From assembly GCA_041577295.1 (NCBI GenBank), contig JBFGJG010000036.1, positions 1 through 40,500 of the forward strand: a stretch of 40,500 bases of DNA, given 5' to 3'. The notes under the pieces were generated by a model. That model saw only the letters and a program-made list of their open reading frames with translations. It was not told where the DNA came from and ran no database searches. The position numbers and the translations under genes are program-made. Shown here in pieces: positions 1 to 8,729 of this stretch. Every line of letters starts with the position of its first letter. The stretch's first letter is position 1. Source of the DNA: Gemmatimonadales bacterium (GTDB taxonomy: Bacteria > Gemmatimonadota > Gemmatimonadetes > Gemmatimonadales > GWC2-71-9).

Positions 1-444
1 AAAAGCCACGCCCTGCCACCACCCTGCGTCCACCGCCGCCGTGACACGTGAAAACCCCACCGACTCCGGAGCGTACAACACACCAAACGCGAGCCCCGCA
101 CGAATCGCGACAGCTGCCAACACGATTATGGCCAGATTGGCCGCGGGGCCGGCCAGTGCCATCCACGCTGCACGCTTCGGAAACCGCATCGCCCAACGGG
201 GATCGTACGGCGCACTGGCAAAACCAAATGGCCAACCGGAAATCAAGACGGAGATGATGGGCAGAACCACCATCCCAAACGGCTCACGACGAATGTGTGG
301 CCGAGGATCGAGCGAGACCTGACCGCCGTGGTACGCGGTGAGATCGCCACCCAACTTCGCTGCCCACGCGTGAGCGGCCTCGTGCACCGTCGTCGAGAAG
401 AGAAAGACGACGTAGAAGATGAGACCACTGGAAAGATCCGGCAT
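1..444 (-). CDS. Site-2 protease (peptidase M50 family) membrane metalloprotease; 3' end runs off the window
   Basis: Absent from the ORF track. Manual translation from ATG 444: MPDLSSGLIFYVVFLFSTTVHEAAHAWAAKLGGDLTAY...MALAGPAANL, with HExxH in a TM helix and the AGPxxN motif of M50 proteases. Confidence 0.9.
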   Translation of the reverse strand, partial: MPDLSSGLIFYVVFLFSTTVHEAAHAWAAKLGGDLTAYHGGQVSLDPRPHIRREPFGMVVLPIISVLISGWPFGFASAPYDPRWAMRFPKRAAWMALAGPAANLAIIVLAAVAIRAGLAFGVLYAPESVGFSRVTAAVDAGWWQGVAF

Positions 445-480
445 ATGGAGGGTGAATTGTAACCCAAGGGCGCGCCCCGT

Positions 481-1371
481 CTACTCGTGCTGCACCCCGG
501 AGCTCCTGCGCCGCAGTCTTCCCACCAAGACGGTCACGTTGTCGGTGCCGCCCCGATCGAGCGCCATTTGCACGAGGTGGCGACAGGCCTCGTTTGCCGT
601 GTCGCGTTCCCGTAACTCCGCTTCGATCTCGGCATCGGTCACGTGCTTGGTGAGCCCGTCCGTGCAGAGCAGGAGTATGTCGTTCCACTGACAATCGGTG
701 CTCGCCGTCATCGGCGTAGCCTCCGGTCCTCCAACAGAGCTCGAAAGCACGTTGCGGAGCGGCGAGCGTTCCGCCTCTTCGAGAGACAGAGCACCAGCGT
801 CCACCAGCTCTTGCGCTAACGTCTGGTCCTTGGACATGCGCTCGAGCTTGTCGTTACGCAGGCGGTAACACCGGCTGTCCCCAACTTGCACGAGATAGGC
901 ACGGGGCCACAACACCGTGACCATCGTTACGGTTGTCGCCCGGGCCGTGCGTCGGTCGCCGGGATCCGCCTTCGCAACGAGATCACGATGCGCACGACGA
1001 ACGGTGCGTTCCAGTTCGTGGAGAAAGTCAGCATCTTCACGGGGATCCATTCGCCGATACAGCGTCATGAGACGGGTGACGTACTCCGCAATGGCTTGGA
1101 CCGCCTCGCCGCTAGCGTCACGACCGTGTGCCGCTCCGCCCACACCATCGGCCACCAGAAAGAGAAACCCCCGGGTCTCGCTCACTACCTGCGAGAGATC
1201 ATCCTGTGCCAAGCTGGTCTGCTGCACCCGGAGAAGCTTGTGAAGGCTTGCGATGAGGAACTGATCTTCGTTCTCGGCCCGCACACGCCCGCGATCGGTG
1301 AGTCCGAACACGTCGATGTCGCTTGCGAGTGGGCGCGAGCGGCGATGATGTTCGCCGACAGGCAACGTCAT
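481..1371 (-). CDS. PP2C/PPM-family Ser/Thr protein phosphatase
   Basis: Motifs TDRGRVRAENED, VADGVGG, VGDSRCY, LLCTDGL, GGTDNVT. Start placed at ATG 1371, behind a GGAAGGAG Shine-Dalgarno. Confidence 0.93.
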   Translation of the reverse strand: MTLPVGEHHRRSRPLASDIDVFGLTDRGRVRAENEDQFLIASLHKLLRVQQTSLAQDDLSQVVSETRGFLFLVADGVGGAAHGRDASGEAVQAIAEYVTRLMTLYRRMDPREDADFLHELERTVRRAHRDLVAKADPGDRRTARATTVTMVTVLWPRAYLVQVGDSRCYRLRNDKLERMSKDQTLAQELVDAGALSLEEAERSPLRNVLSSSVGGPEATPMTASTDCQWNDILLLCTDGLTKHVTDAEIEAELRERDTANEACRHLVQMALDRGGTDNVTVLVGRLRRRSSGVQHE

Positions 1372-1585
1372 GATGCTCCTTCCAATCGACGTTCGTGGAA
1401 AACATGGGACCAAATACGCCGAGAGACCAGGACGGCACCGCAACGCCGTTTCGCTGGACCCGCACTGGCCCCCGCGATACATTCGCGCGGTGCAGCTCGT
1501 AAGTTCTTGGGGCACGAAGGATTGATGCTGGATTGAGACGCGGGATTCATATTGGTGCAGATACCTAGCCCGACGGTTGAGAACC

Positions 1586-1759
1586 ATGACGCACCCTCGA
1601 GGACTCCTCGTCACCGAAACCCTGCTCCTCATCGTCCCGCTAGCGGTGGCGCTGCTACAGCTGTTCGTGGCCGGTCTCGCGGAAGTGGTTGCCCTGGGAA
1701 GCGAGCGGCTGGCCCACATCGAAGGCCTGCTCCATCACCACCTCGCCCGCGCCCACTAG
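1586..1759 (+). CDS. Putative small membrane protein (57 aa) with His-rich C-terminus
   Basis: MTHPRGLLVTETLLLIVPLAVALLQLFVAGLAEVVALGSERLAHIEGLLHHHLARAH. GC3-rich codons; fills an otherwise empty gap; no family recognised. Confidence 0.5.
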   Translation: MTHPRGLLVTETLLLIVPLAVALLQLFVAGLAEVVALGSERLAHIEGLLHHHLARAH

Positions 1760-1836
1760 ACAGAACTCCCGCCGCTCATTTCGCCGCCCACAAGACAGCT
1801 CGAAATACCACTTCTTTCTTCAACGACGGAGGCGCA

Positions 1837-2577
1837 ATGCGCGTATCTACGCTCCTGACCCTGGCCATCGGGGCCACCTTCCTCACCGCCCCGGCCCTGG
1901 CCCAGAATGGCAACGTCGCGATGGGGTACTTCGTCACCGTTGAGTCACGTGACGTACCCGCTTTCGAGGCAGCGGCCAAGCGCCACGTGGAGTTTCACCG
2001 GCGGCAGAACGACAGCTGGAGATGGGACGCGTGGGCCGCGGTTACCGGCCCGGCCGGAACGTACGCGTACATCTCCGATGGCCACTCGTGGGCCGACTTC
2101 GACAATCCGGGCGTCGCGCCAGCGGCCGACGGAGCCGACTGGGCCAACACGGCCGGCAAGTTCACGGTCACCGAGGAAGCCATGATGTGGGAAATGCTTC
2201 CTTGGGGAAGCCGTCCGCCGGCGGAAAGCGGCCCGGCCATGGTCCAGGTATTTGACTACCAGGTGAAGCCCGGCAAAGCCCAGGACCTGGAGCACGTGAT
2301 TCGCAAGTTCACGGAAGCGGCAACGGCCCAGAACTGGCCAGGCCGCTACTTGTGGGAGCGCACCGTGAGTACGGGTGAGCCCCAGGCGTACTTCGTGGTA
2401 GTGCCGCATGAGAGTTGGGCGTCTTTTGAGCCGCTCGAAACCAGCGGGCTTGAGGTCTTGATAGCGGCCTACGGTCAGGCCGAAGCGCAACGGCTCCTCG
2501 ACATGTTCTACGCGTCTGCCGAGCCGATTGGCTCACGCATCTGGGCGTATCGCGCGGACCTCTCCTACAGTCCGTGA
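1837..2577 (+). CDS. Secreted protein with two tandem dimeric alpha/beta-barrel (NIPSNAP/ABM-like) repeats
   Basis: GGAGG SD before ATG 1837; signal peptide ending ALA|Q; internal repeat (AFEAAAK...GHSWADFD versus DLEHVIR...HESWASFE). Confidence 0.75.
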   Translation: MRVSTLLTLAIGATFLTAPALAQNGNVAMGYFVTVESRDVPAFEAAAKRHVEFHRRQNDSWRWDAWAAVTGPAGTYAYISDGHSWADFDNPGVAPAADGADWANTAGKFTVTEEAMMWEMLPWGSRPPAESGPAMVQVFDYQVKPGKAQDLEHVIRKFTEAATAQNWPGRYLWERTVSTGEPQAYFVVVPHESWASFEPLETSGLEVLIAAYGQAEAQRLLDMFYASAEPIGSRIWAYRADLSYSP

Positions 2578-2616
2578 GCTGAACCCGGCAGCACGAAAGC
2601 ACCCCCGCCATCGGTC

Positions 2617-2645
2617 TTGACAATATCCGTGATAACGACTATTGT
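2617..2645 (+). promoter_or_regulatory. Sigma70-type promoter of the marR gene with operator in the spacer
   Basis: TTGACA (2617-2622), 17 bp, TATTGT (2640-2645). ATG follows 8 nt later with no SD, suggesting a leaderless transcript. CGTGATAACG lies at 2628-2637. Confidence 0.75.
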
Positions 2646-2653
2646 TGCAAGCG

Positions 2654-3112
2654 ATGCCTGGACGACTGCAGGAGGAGCTCAAGCAACGGCGGCCTTTCGA
2701 GCTGCCTGAGGAAGCGCTGCTCAACGTGGTGCGGACGGCGGATGCCCTCCACCAACGGGTGGCACAAGTCCTCAAGCCATTTGGACTCACGGAGGCGCAG
2801 TACAACGCGCTGCGCATTCTCCGGGGCGCCGGCGAGGAGGGCCGGACCTGCAAGGAGATCAGCGACCGGATGATCAAGCGCGACCCAGACGTCACCCGAA
2901 TGCTGGACCGACTTGTCACCCGCAAACTGGTGCGTCGCGAGCGCGACTCCTCCGATCGGCGAGTCGTGCGGAGTCACATTACGACTGACGGAAAAGCACT
3001 TCTACACAGGGCCGACCCAGCGATTCGCAACATGCACAAGGAGCTGACCGAAGCGGTGAACCCGGCATCATTGCGAAGCCTCATCGAGACACTGGAGGCG
3101 CTCCGACAGTAG
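2654..3112 (+). CDS. MarR-family transcriptional regulator
   Basis: LKPFGLTEAQYNALRILRG...PDVTRMLDRL...DRRVV; winged HTH with the DxR wing motif. Confidence 0.93.
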   Translation: MPGRLQEELKQRRPFELPEEALLNVVRTADALHQRVAQVLKPFGLTEAQYNALRILRGAGEEGRTCKEISDRMIKRDPDVTRMLDRLVTRKLVRRERDSSDRRVVRSHITTDGKALLHRADPAIRNMHKELTEAVNPASLRSLIETLEALRQ

Positions 3113-3136
3113 CGGGCTTTTTGATGGGAATGTATT

Positions 3137-3163
3137 CGTTATCACGACAACCGTCATGACGAC
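3137..3163. promoter_or_regulatory. Tandem candidate MarR operators upstream of yceI
   Basis: CGTTATCACGAC (3137) and CGTCATGACGAC (3152) share consensus CGTnATnACGAC with the copy at 2628. Confidence 0.7.
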
Positions 3164-3176
3164 ATAGGAGGCTACC

Positions 3177-3716
3177 ATGAAATGGCAGATCGACCCCCAG
3201 CACTCGAGCATCGAATTCGGGGTGAAGCACATGGGTATCGCAACCGTGCGCGGCCGCTTCACAGATTTTGACGCTCAGGCAGAGCTCGATGAAGACGGCG
3301 CGCCCAACGCCATCAATGCCACCATTCGTGCGAACAGCATCGATACCGGCGTCGCCGACCGAGACGCGCACCTTCGCTCGCCCGATTTCTTCGATGTCGA
3401 CCAGTTCCCGACCCTCGATTTTCGATCGACGGCGATCGAGCGCGTGGGAGAGAACCGCTATCTGGTTGCCGGTGAGCTGACAATGCGTGGGGCCACGCAT
3501 CCGGTGAGCCTCGAGCTCGAGCGCACCGAGGAGATCGCCGATCCGTTCGGCAATCGGCGCATCGCGGGTACGCTGAGCGGAAAGATCAACCGAAAAACCT
3601 GGGGGCTCACCTGGAATCAGGTGCTGGAGTTTGGTGCGCTCCTGGTGGGTGAAGACGTCAAGCTCACCCTAGACGTGCAGGTGGTGGCACCACAAGCCCA
3701 AACCGTGGCGGCGTAA
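3177..3716 (+). CDS. yceI: YceI-family polyisoprenoid/lipid-binding protein (no signal peptide)
   Basis: WQIDPQHSSIEFGVKHMG...RGRF, SIDTGVADRDAHLRSPDFFD, GELTMRG; AGGAGG SD. Confidence 0.93.
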   Translation: MKWQIDPQHSSIEFGVKHMGIATVRGRFTDFDAQAELDEDGAPNAINATIRANSIDTGVADRDAHLRSPDFFDVDQFPTLDFRSTAIERVGENRYLVAGELTMRGATHPVSLELERTEEIADPFGNRRIAGTLSGKINRKTWGLTWNQVLEFGALLVGEDVKLTLDVQVVAPQAQTVAA

Positions 3717-3737
3717 GCCACTCACCATTCACCTCGG

Positions 3738-3767
3738 GAGGGTGTGACGGTACCCCGTCACACCCTC
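3738..3767. terminator. Perfect 13-bp hairpin between convergent genes (possible bidirectional terminator or stabiliser)
   Basis: GAGGGTGTGACGG-TACC-CCGTCACACCCTC. No U-tract on either side. Confidence 0.6.
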
Positions 3768-5343
3768 ATGGGCTCGTGCGAAGATACTCCTGCGCCTCAA
3801 CGACCGGCCCCACATCCCCATCGGCATCACCCCACTGAACGAGCAACTGCTGGTAGAAGTCGCGTGCGACCGTATGGTCGCCCAGCCGAGCCGCCGCGCG
3901 CGCCCGACCGAGCAACGCCGGCGCCCGGTTGGGATGAACCTGAAGCGCCAGATCGTACTGCGCCGCCGCTCGAGCGACACGGCCAAGGTGAAGCAGGACG
4001 TCGCCGTACAATTCGTGCACAGGGTGAATGGGATTGGGCAGCTCGTTTGGCGGACTGAGCTGGCCTGTGAGTATCACGGCGCGGGTGGCCGCGTGCTCGG
4101 CATCCTCTTCGCGACCGTCTACCGCTGCGATCAAGGCCTCGAGCTCGAGGCTGGCGATCCGCCGCCGGATATGATCGGCGGATCCCTCCGAGGCTTCACC
4201 GACCGCCACACGCAGCCGATCCAACCAGCTGCGAGCGGTGATGAGATCACCTTTCCTCGCGCTGTGTACTCCGAGTGCGTACCAAACGCGCGGATCTTCT
4301 GCCTCCGCGGGAAGTGGCTCGGGGAAGACTTCCCAGTCACCCGTCTCGAGGGCGTAGCTTGCCAATCGTGTGTAGTACCAGGGTCCCGCCCATTGCCAAT
4401 CGTCAGTCCCTTCGAACGCGCGCTGCAGTAAGCGCAACGTGTCGAGTGCCGCGGTGTGTCTGCCACGTTGCAGATGCGCATAGAACAGGAACTCGATGGC
4501 GTGATAATCGAGGTGGCCGTCGCCCAACCCCCGCCGTCTTACCCAATCGTTCGACACCTGAAACGCACGCCGGTTCGTGGTCGCAGCTTCATCCCACATC
4601 CCCAATTGAAAGAAGATGTGTGACGGCATGTGGACCGCGTGTGAGGACGCGGGCGCAATCTCGGCATACGTACGAGCAGCCTCCAATGCACGAAGGGCCT
4701 GTTGGGGACTGTCGAACGCGTGGATCACGTAGTGCGCCGCACCGGGATGCCGCGGGTTGAGATCGAGGACCTCTTTCGCCACCGCACCGGCTTTGAGGAG
4801 CGTCGCCTGGTCCTTATATCGCCACACATCGACCGACGCCAGCAGCGCTCGTGCGAGGAGCACCTTGGCCTCGGTATCCTCGGGAAACCATCGCACGAGG
4901 TGAGCCATTGCCTCGGCATAGGCACGCGCGCGGTCGAGCTCGTCGTTCGCTCCTCGGTACAGGCGCTCGATGGCGGCAAGGTATGCCCTCTCTCGCTCGG
5001 TGGGCGCTTTCGCCAGCCGCGCTTCCGGCGTCGCTGCCAATCGGTTGAGTGCCGCGACCGCCGCCGCGGAATCGTGCCCGGTCCCCCACACGCCGTCATA
5101 CGCCAGCGCCTCACCCCAGTACGCCATCGCAAAGTCCGGTGCGATCCGTTGGGCCTCCCGAAACGCCTCCACCGCTTCCGGTCGCCAGAAGCTGTGCAAC
5201 GCTGCCAGACCTCGTAGCAGATGAGGTTGGGCGTCCGGTGGACCAGACGTCGGGAAGTCGATGGACCCCAATCGGTCGGACTGAGCCGGCACGGGGGAAG
5301 CGGTCGTGATGGCGACGAGCAGAATGAGAGGGATTCGCAGCAT
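3766..5343 (-). CDS. Secreted tetratricopeptide-repeat protein with clustered His motifs
   Basis: Signal peptide MLRIPLILLVAITTASPVPA|Q; TPR-like helices (APDFAMAYWG, HPGAAHYVIH, HPNRAPALLG); HAVHMPSHIF. Confidence 0.85.
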   Translation of the reverse strand: MLRIPLILLVAITTASPVPAQSDRLGSIDFPTSGPPDAQPHLLRGLAALHSFWRPEAVEAFREAQRIAPDFAMAYWGEALAYDGVWGTGHDSAAAVAALNRLAATPEARLAKAPTERERAYLAAIERLYRGANDELDRARAYAEAMAHLVRWFPEDTEAKVLLARALLASVDVWRYKDQATLLKAGAVAKEVLDLNPRHPGAAHYVIHAFDSPQQALRALEAARTYAEIAPASSHAVHMPSHIFFQLGMWDEAATTNRRAFQVSNDWVRRRGLGDGHLDYHAIEFLFYAHLQRGRHTAALDTLRLLQRAFEGTDDWQWAGPWYYTRLASYALETGDWEVFPEPLPAEAEDPRVWYALGVHSARKGDLITARSWLDRLRVAVGEASEGSADHIRRRIASLELEALIAAVDGREEDAEHAATRAVILTGQLSPPNELPNPIHPVHELYGDVLLHLGRVARAAAQYDLALQVHPNRAPALLGRARAAARLGDHTVARDFYQQLLVQWGDADGDVGPVVEAQEYLRTSP

Positions 5344-5518
5344 GGAGAAGGACCTCCGCAGGTGGTCTATTGTACTACGATGCTGAGGCACGGGTGTACG
5401 CCCGGCGCCGCGAGGATGAAGCTGCAACGTTGCCATGCGTATACTCCGATAACAAACGACCGTTGCACCCGTTCCCCAGCACTCGTATCAGCGGTTTCCC
5501 GGTGCGAATGTCGACCGA

Positions 5519-6538
5519 ATGAAGCGAAACCGAACGTCACGCCGGATACTGATCTGTCTCTCACTGGCAAGCGTGTTGGTGGGATGCGTTGGGGATGATC
5601 CCTTTCGTCCGCCAACGCCATCGCCACCCATTGTGCCACGGCCCGAGGGACCGGGGACGTGGAACGAAGCGGCTCCGATACCCGCACGCGTCTACGATAG
5701 CGGCGTCGTGGTTTTTCGGGATCATGTCTACGTGCTCGGCGGATGGATTGGTGATGGCGTCGAGGGCACCGAGGCCGTCTATCGCTTCGATCCAGCGACG
5801 GGCTGGGAGCGTCTCACCGATCTCCCTCTCAAGGTGGCAAAGCCGCAGCCGGTTGTGGTGGGAGATTCGCTCTACGTTGCTGCCGGTCTGAACGGATTCG
5901 CGTTCTCGGCCCGTGAGCCCGTGCTCATCTTATGGGTCTACGATCCCGACCGTGACGCCTGGGCCAGTCGGGCTGGACTCCCGGATTCGCGGCGCCTGTA
6001 TCGGGCAGTTGGCATCGACGGGAAGATCCTCCTCATCGGTGGAACGCGGAGTGAGAGCGCTTCAGGCGATCTCGTGGCAGTCTTCGATCTTGCCACCAGC
6101 ACGTGGAGTTATGGGGCGCCAATTCCCTCCCCTCGGGTGAGCCCCGGAGTGCACGTCATCGACGGCGAGGTTTGGGTTCTGGGCGGCGCGGCAGACGAGG
6201 CGTTCGCCGTGCCCATGAATGACGTGCTCGCGTACGACCCAGTGATGGATTCCTGGCGGACGGTGCCGGTGACGATTCCCACCGCGACCTTCGAGTTCGC
6301 CTCCGCGGTGCGCGATGGCGAGATCCACCTCGTGGGCGGAGCCGTAAACGACGGCAGCCGCGACGAGGATCTCCATCACGCCTATGGACTCGCTGCCGAC
6401 GAATGGGCCACCTACCACCAACTCCCCGCACAACGGCGACAGTTGGGCGCGGTAGAGATTGACGGCCGGATCTACGCGTTGGGAGGCTTCAAACGCTCGG
6501 AAGGTGCGAAGAGTGAGGTGTGGTGGTTCGATCCCTGA
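5519..6538 (+). CDS. Kelch-repeat beta-propeller lipoprotein
   Basis: Lipobox LVGC; six Kelch repeats (YVLGG, YVAAG, LLIGG, WVLGG, HLVGG, YALGG with YDP/FDP...W). Confidence 0.92.
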   Translation: MKRNRTSRRILICLSLASVLVGCVGDDPFRPPTPSPPIVPRPEGPGTWNEAAPIPARVYDSGVVVFRDHVYVLGGWIGDGVEGTEAVYRFDPATGWERLTDLPLKVAKPQPVVVGDSLYVAAGLNGFAFSAREPVLILWVYDPDRDAWASRAGLPDSRRLYRAVGIDGKILLIGGTRSESASGDLVAVFDLATSTWSYGAPIPSPRVSPGVHVIDGEVWVLGGAADEAFAVPMNDVLAYDPVMDSWRTVPVTIPTATFEFASAVRDGEIHLVGGAVNDGSRDEDLHHAYGLAADEWATYHQLPAQRRQLGAVEIDGRIYALGGFKRSEGAKSEVWWFDP

Positions 6539-6547
6539 CGATCGCCA

Positions 6548-7045
6548 TCAGCCGCGCATCATGGCAAACACTCCCATCACGCCGATCACCAACGCGAACC
6601 CGATCTTCGCCGCCGCAGCCACCGCTCTACCCAACACAGCTCCCCACCCGGCCCCTGCCGCGACGTCGGCACGGCGACTGTGGGAGTATTCGAATACGGC
6701 GGCTCCCACGAAGGCGCCCACCAGGGCACCCACCACGCTCCCGATGATCGGCACGGGCACTCCCACCACGGCGCCTATGAGCCCACCCGCAAGCGCACCC
6801 CACCCAGCACGTTTCGACCCGCCGTAACGCCGCGTCATCCGGAAGCCAATCCAGGCTTCGACGATCTCTCCCGTGAACGCCAACCCAATGGCGACGAAAA
6901 TCATCGCGACCCCGACCGATGCGAAGTCGGTGAGCCAACCGTATGCGAGTAGGCCAAGCACGATCAGCCACAGCCCTGGGAGGCCGATGGGGATGAGCAG
7001 CAGACCGATCAGAAAACACGCGAAAAAAACGAGAGCGGCGATCAG
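6548..7045 (-). CDS. DUF456 (YqgC-like) membrane protein; probable CTG start
   Basis: YGGSKRAGWGALAGGLIG...PIIGSVVGALVGAFVGA motif. The frame extends 28 codons upstream of the track's GTG (LIAALVFFACFLIGLLLIPIGLPGLWLI) to a CTG overlapping the upstream TGA. Confidence 0.85.
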   Translation of the reverse strand: MIAALVFFACFLIGLLLIPIGLPGLWLIVLGLLAYGWLTDFASVGVAMIFVAIGLAFTGEIVEAWIGFRMTRRYGGSKRAGWGALAGGLIGAVVGVPVPIIGSVVGALVGAFVGAAVFEYSHSRRADVAAGAGWGAVLGRAVAAAAKIGFALVIGVMGVFAMMRG

Positions 7046-8166
7046 CGCGTTGGCTCCACTCGCAGGATCCTGCCGTTCGACTCGTCGGTCAGCAGATAGA
7101 CGTATCCGTCTGGCCCTTGCCGCACGTCGCGAATCCTATCACCGAGTCCTTGCAACATGCGCTCTTCGTACGTGACGCGCTCACCGCTCAACTCGAGGCG
7201 GACCAGCAGCCCGAACTTGAGCGAGCCGACGAGCAGATTCCCTTTCCACGCGGGAAACTTGTCGCCGGTATAAAACGTCAATCCGCTCGGCGCGATCGAC
7301 GGGTCCCAGTAATGAATGGGCTGCTCCATGCCCGCGTTGGACGTGCCAATCCCGATCTTGGCGCCGGAGTAATCACGGCCATACGATATGACCGGCCAGC
7401 CGTAGTTCCTCCCTGCTTTCGGCGCGTTCACTTCGTCACCACCGGCCGCGCCATGCTCGACGGTCCAGAGTTGACCCGTTTCTGGATGGAGTGCTGCACC
7501 CTGGAGGTTCCGGTGACCGTACGACCAGATCTCCGGTTGCGCGCTGCCGCGCCGCACGAACGGGTTGTCCGGTGGAACCGTCCCGTCTGGTCGAACGCGA
7601 ATGACCTTGCCGAGGTGGCGAGAGAGATCTTGCGAATCCGCTTTGCGGTTGCGGTCTCCCGTTGTGATGAAGAGGAATCCGTCAGGGGTGAACACCAACC
7701 GGGAACCAAAGTGTGCACCGCCGGAGACCTTCGGTTCCTGACGGAATATCACTTGGAGGTTTCCGAGCCCGCGGTCACCCAGCCGGGCGCGGGCGACCGC
7801 CGTCCCCGCAACCCTCCCCTCCGGTTCGGCGTAGCTCAAGTAGATGGTTCGCGACCGTTCGAAGTCCGGTGCAAGCGCGACATCCAGCAGTCCACCCTGC
7901 CCACCAGCGGCCACGTCGGGCACGCCCGCCAACGGCGGTGACAACCGACCGTCTCGTTCGACGATGCGCAATCGTCCGGGCCGCTCCGTTACCAGCATCC
8001 GGCCATCGGGAAGAAACGCGAGCCCCCACGGATGGTTGAGTCCCTCCGCGACGGTGACCACGCGAACCCGACCGTGGCGCGTCGAAAAATCCTGGGCCGT
8101 CGCAGGACCACCGCAGCTGACTGTGAAGAGCAAGCTCAGAACCAGAGACCATCGTAGGCGTAACAT
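7042..8166 (-). CDS. PQQ-dependent soluble sugar dehydrogenase (GSDH/YliI-Asd family), exported
   Basis: GLNHPWGLAFLPDG, GQGGLLDV, HFGSRL, WSYGHRNLQG, NYGWP, SIAPSGL, RIRDV. Confidence 0.93.
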   Translation of the reverse strand: MLRLRWSLVLSLLFTVSCGGPATAQDFSTRHGRVRVVTVAEGLNHPWGLAFLPDGRMLVTERPGRLRIVERDGRLSPPLAGVPDVAAGGQGGLLDVALAPDFERSRTIYLSYAEPEGRVAGTAVARARLGDRGLGNLQVIFRQEPKVSGGAHFGSRLVFTPDGFLFITTGDRNRKADSQDLSRHLGKVIRVRPDGTVPPDNPFVRRGSAQPEIWSYGHRNLQGAALHPETGQLWTVEHGAAGGDEVNAPKAGRNYGWPVISYGRDYSGAKIGIGTSNAGMEQPIHYWDPSIAPSGLTFYTGDKFPAWKGNLLVGSLKFGLLVRLELSGERVTYEERMLQGLGDRIRDVRQGPDGYVYLLTDESNGRILRVEPTR

Positions 8167-8351
8167 GTACCCTCAGGCTGGAGAACGAATAAATCCCGCC
8201 CAAAGATACACGCGAACCAATCCCGCTGTTTCGTATCTCCGTCAGCAACCAAACACGTGATCTCCACTGCTCATCAACGCTCGTCTAATGCTCGACGCCG
8301 TCGCCACGATCTCTGTCGAAGGGCACCCGGTTCACTCACCCATGCTTCACG

Positions 8352-8501
8352 TCACCGATTGACTTGCGCGCGAGCACCGAACGGTCTTGCCAACTCGCCC
8401 ACAGAACGCCCGCCACGCGCGAGATTGGTCAGGATGGCCCGACGGGTGGAGTCGGCCAGGGCAGCAAAGACGAGATTGAGAGTGTGTGAATTGGTAACCA
8501 T
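8352..8501 (-). pseudogene. Truncated ArsR/SmtB-family regulator (49 codons)
   Basis: Manual translation MVTNSHTLNLVFAALADSTRRAILTNLARGGRSVGELARPF, then non-homologous GARAQVNR-stop. The recognition helix (SxPAVSxHLxVL) and wing are missing. Confidence 0.8.
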
Positions 8502-8514
8502 CTGGTGACTAATT
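8489..8514. promoter_or_regulatory. 12-2-12 inverted repeat (ArsR-type operator) overlapping the pseudogene start codon
   Basis: AATTGGTAACCA-TC-TGGTGACTAATT, 10/12 arm complementarity. Confidence 0.7.
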
Positions 8515-8729
8515 AAGCCGAAGATGGCCCTTGTCGACGTTCACCAGAGCGTCCGTCTTCGAACGACCCTTCCCACGACCGCACACTGACACCCTGACTC
8601 AGCACCGACACGGAGAGCCTAAGCCTCAGAAATACAAAGCCTTATACGACAAAATCAGAGGCACGCCACTTGCCTATTCACTGCGTCGTGCGCGACCGCC
8701 AAAACCCGTCACGCATCCAAGGACCGTCT

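Noticed and set aside
7023..7029. A7 homopolymer as a frameshift explaining the short DUF456 ORF
   Set aside because: The frame reads through the run (GTT TTT TTC) without a shift; the issue is the start codon.
8257..8508. 83-aa plus-strand ORF
   Set aside because: It is the antisense of the ArsR remnant, which has clear family motifs.
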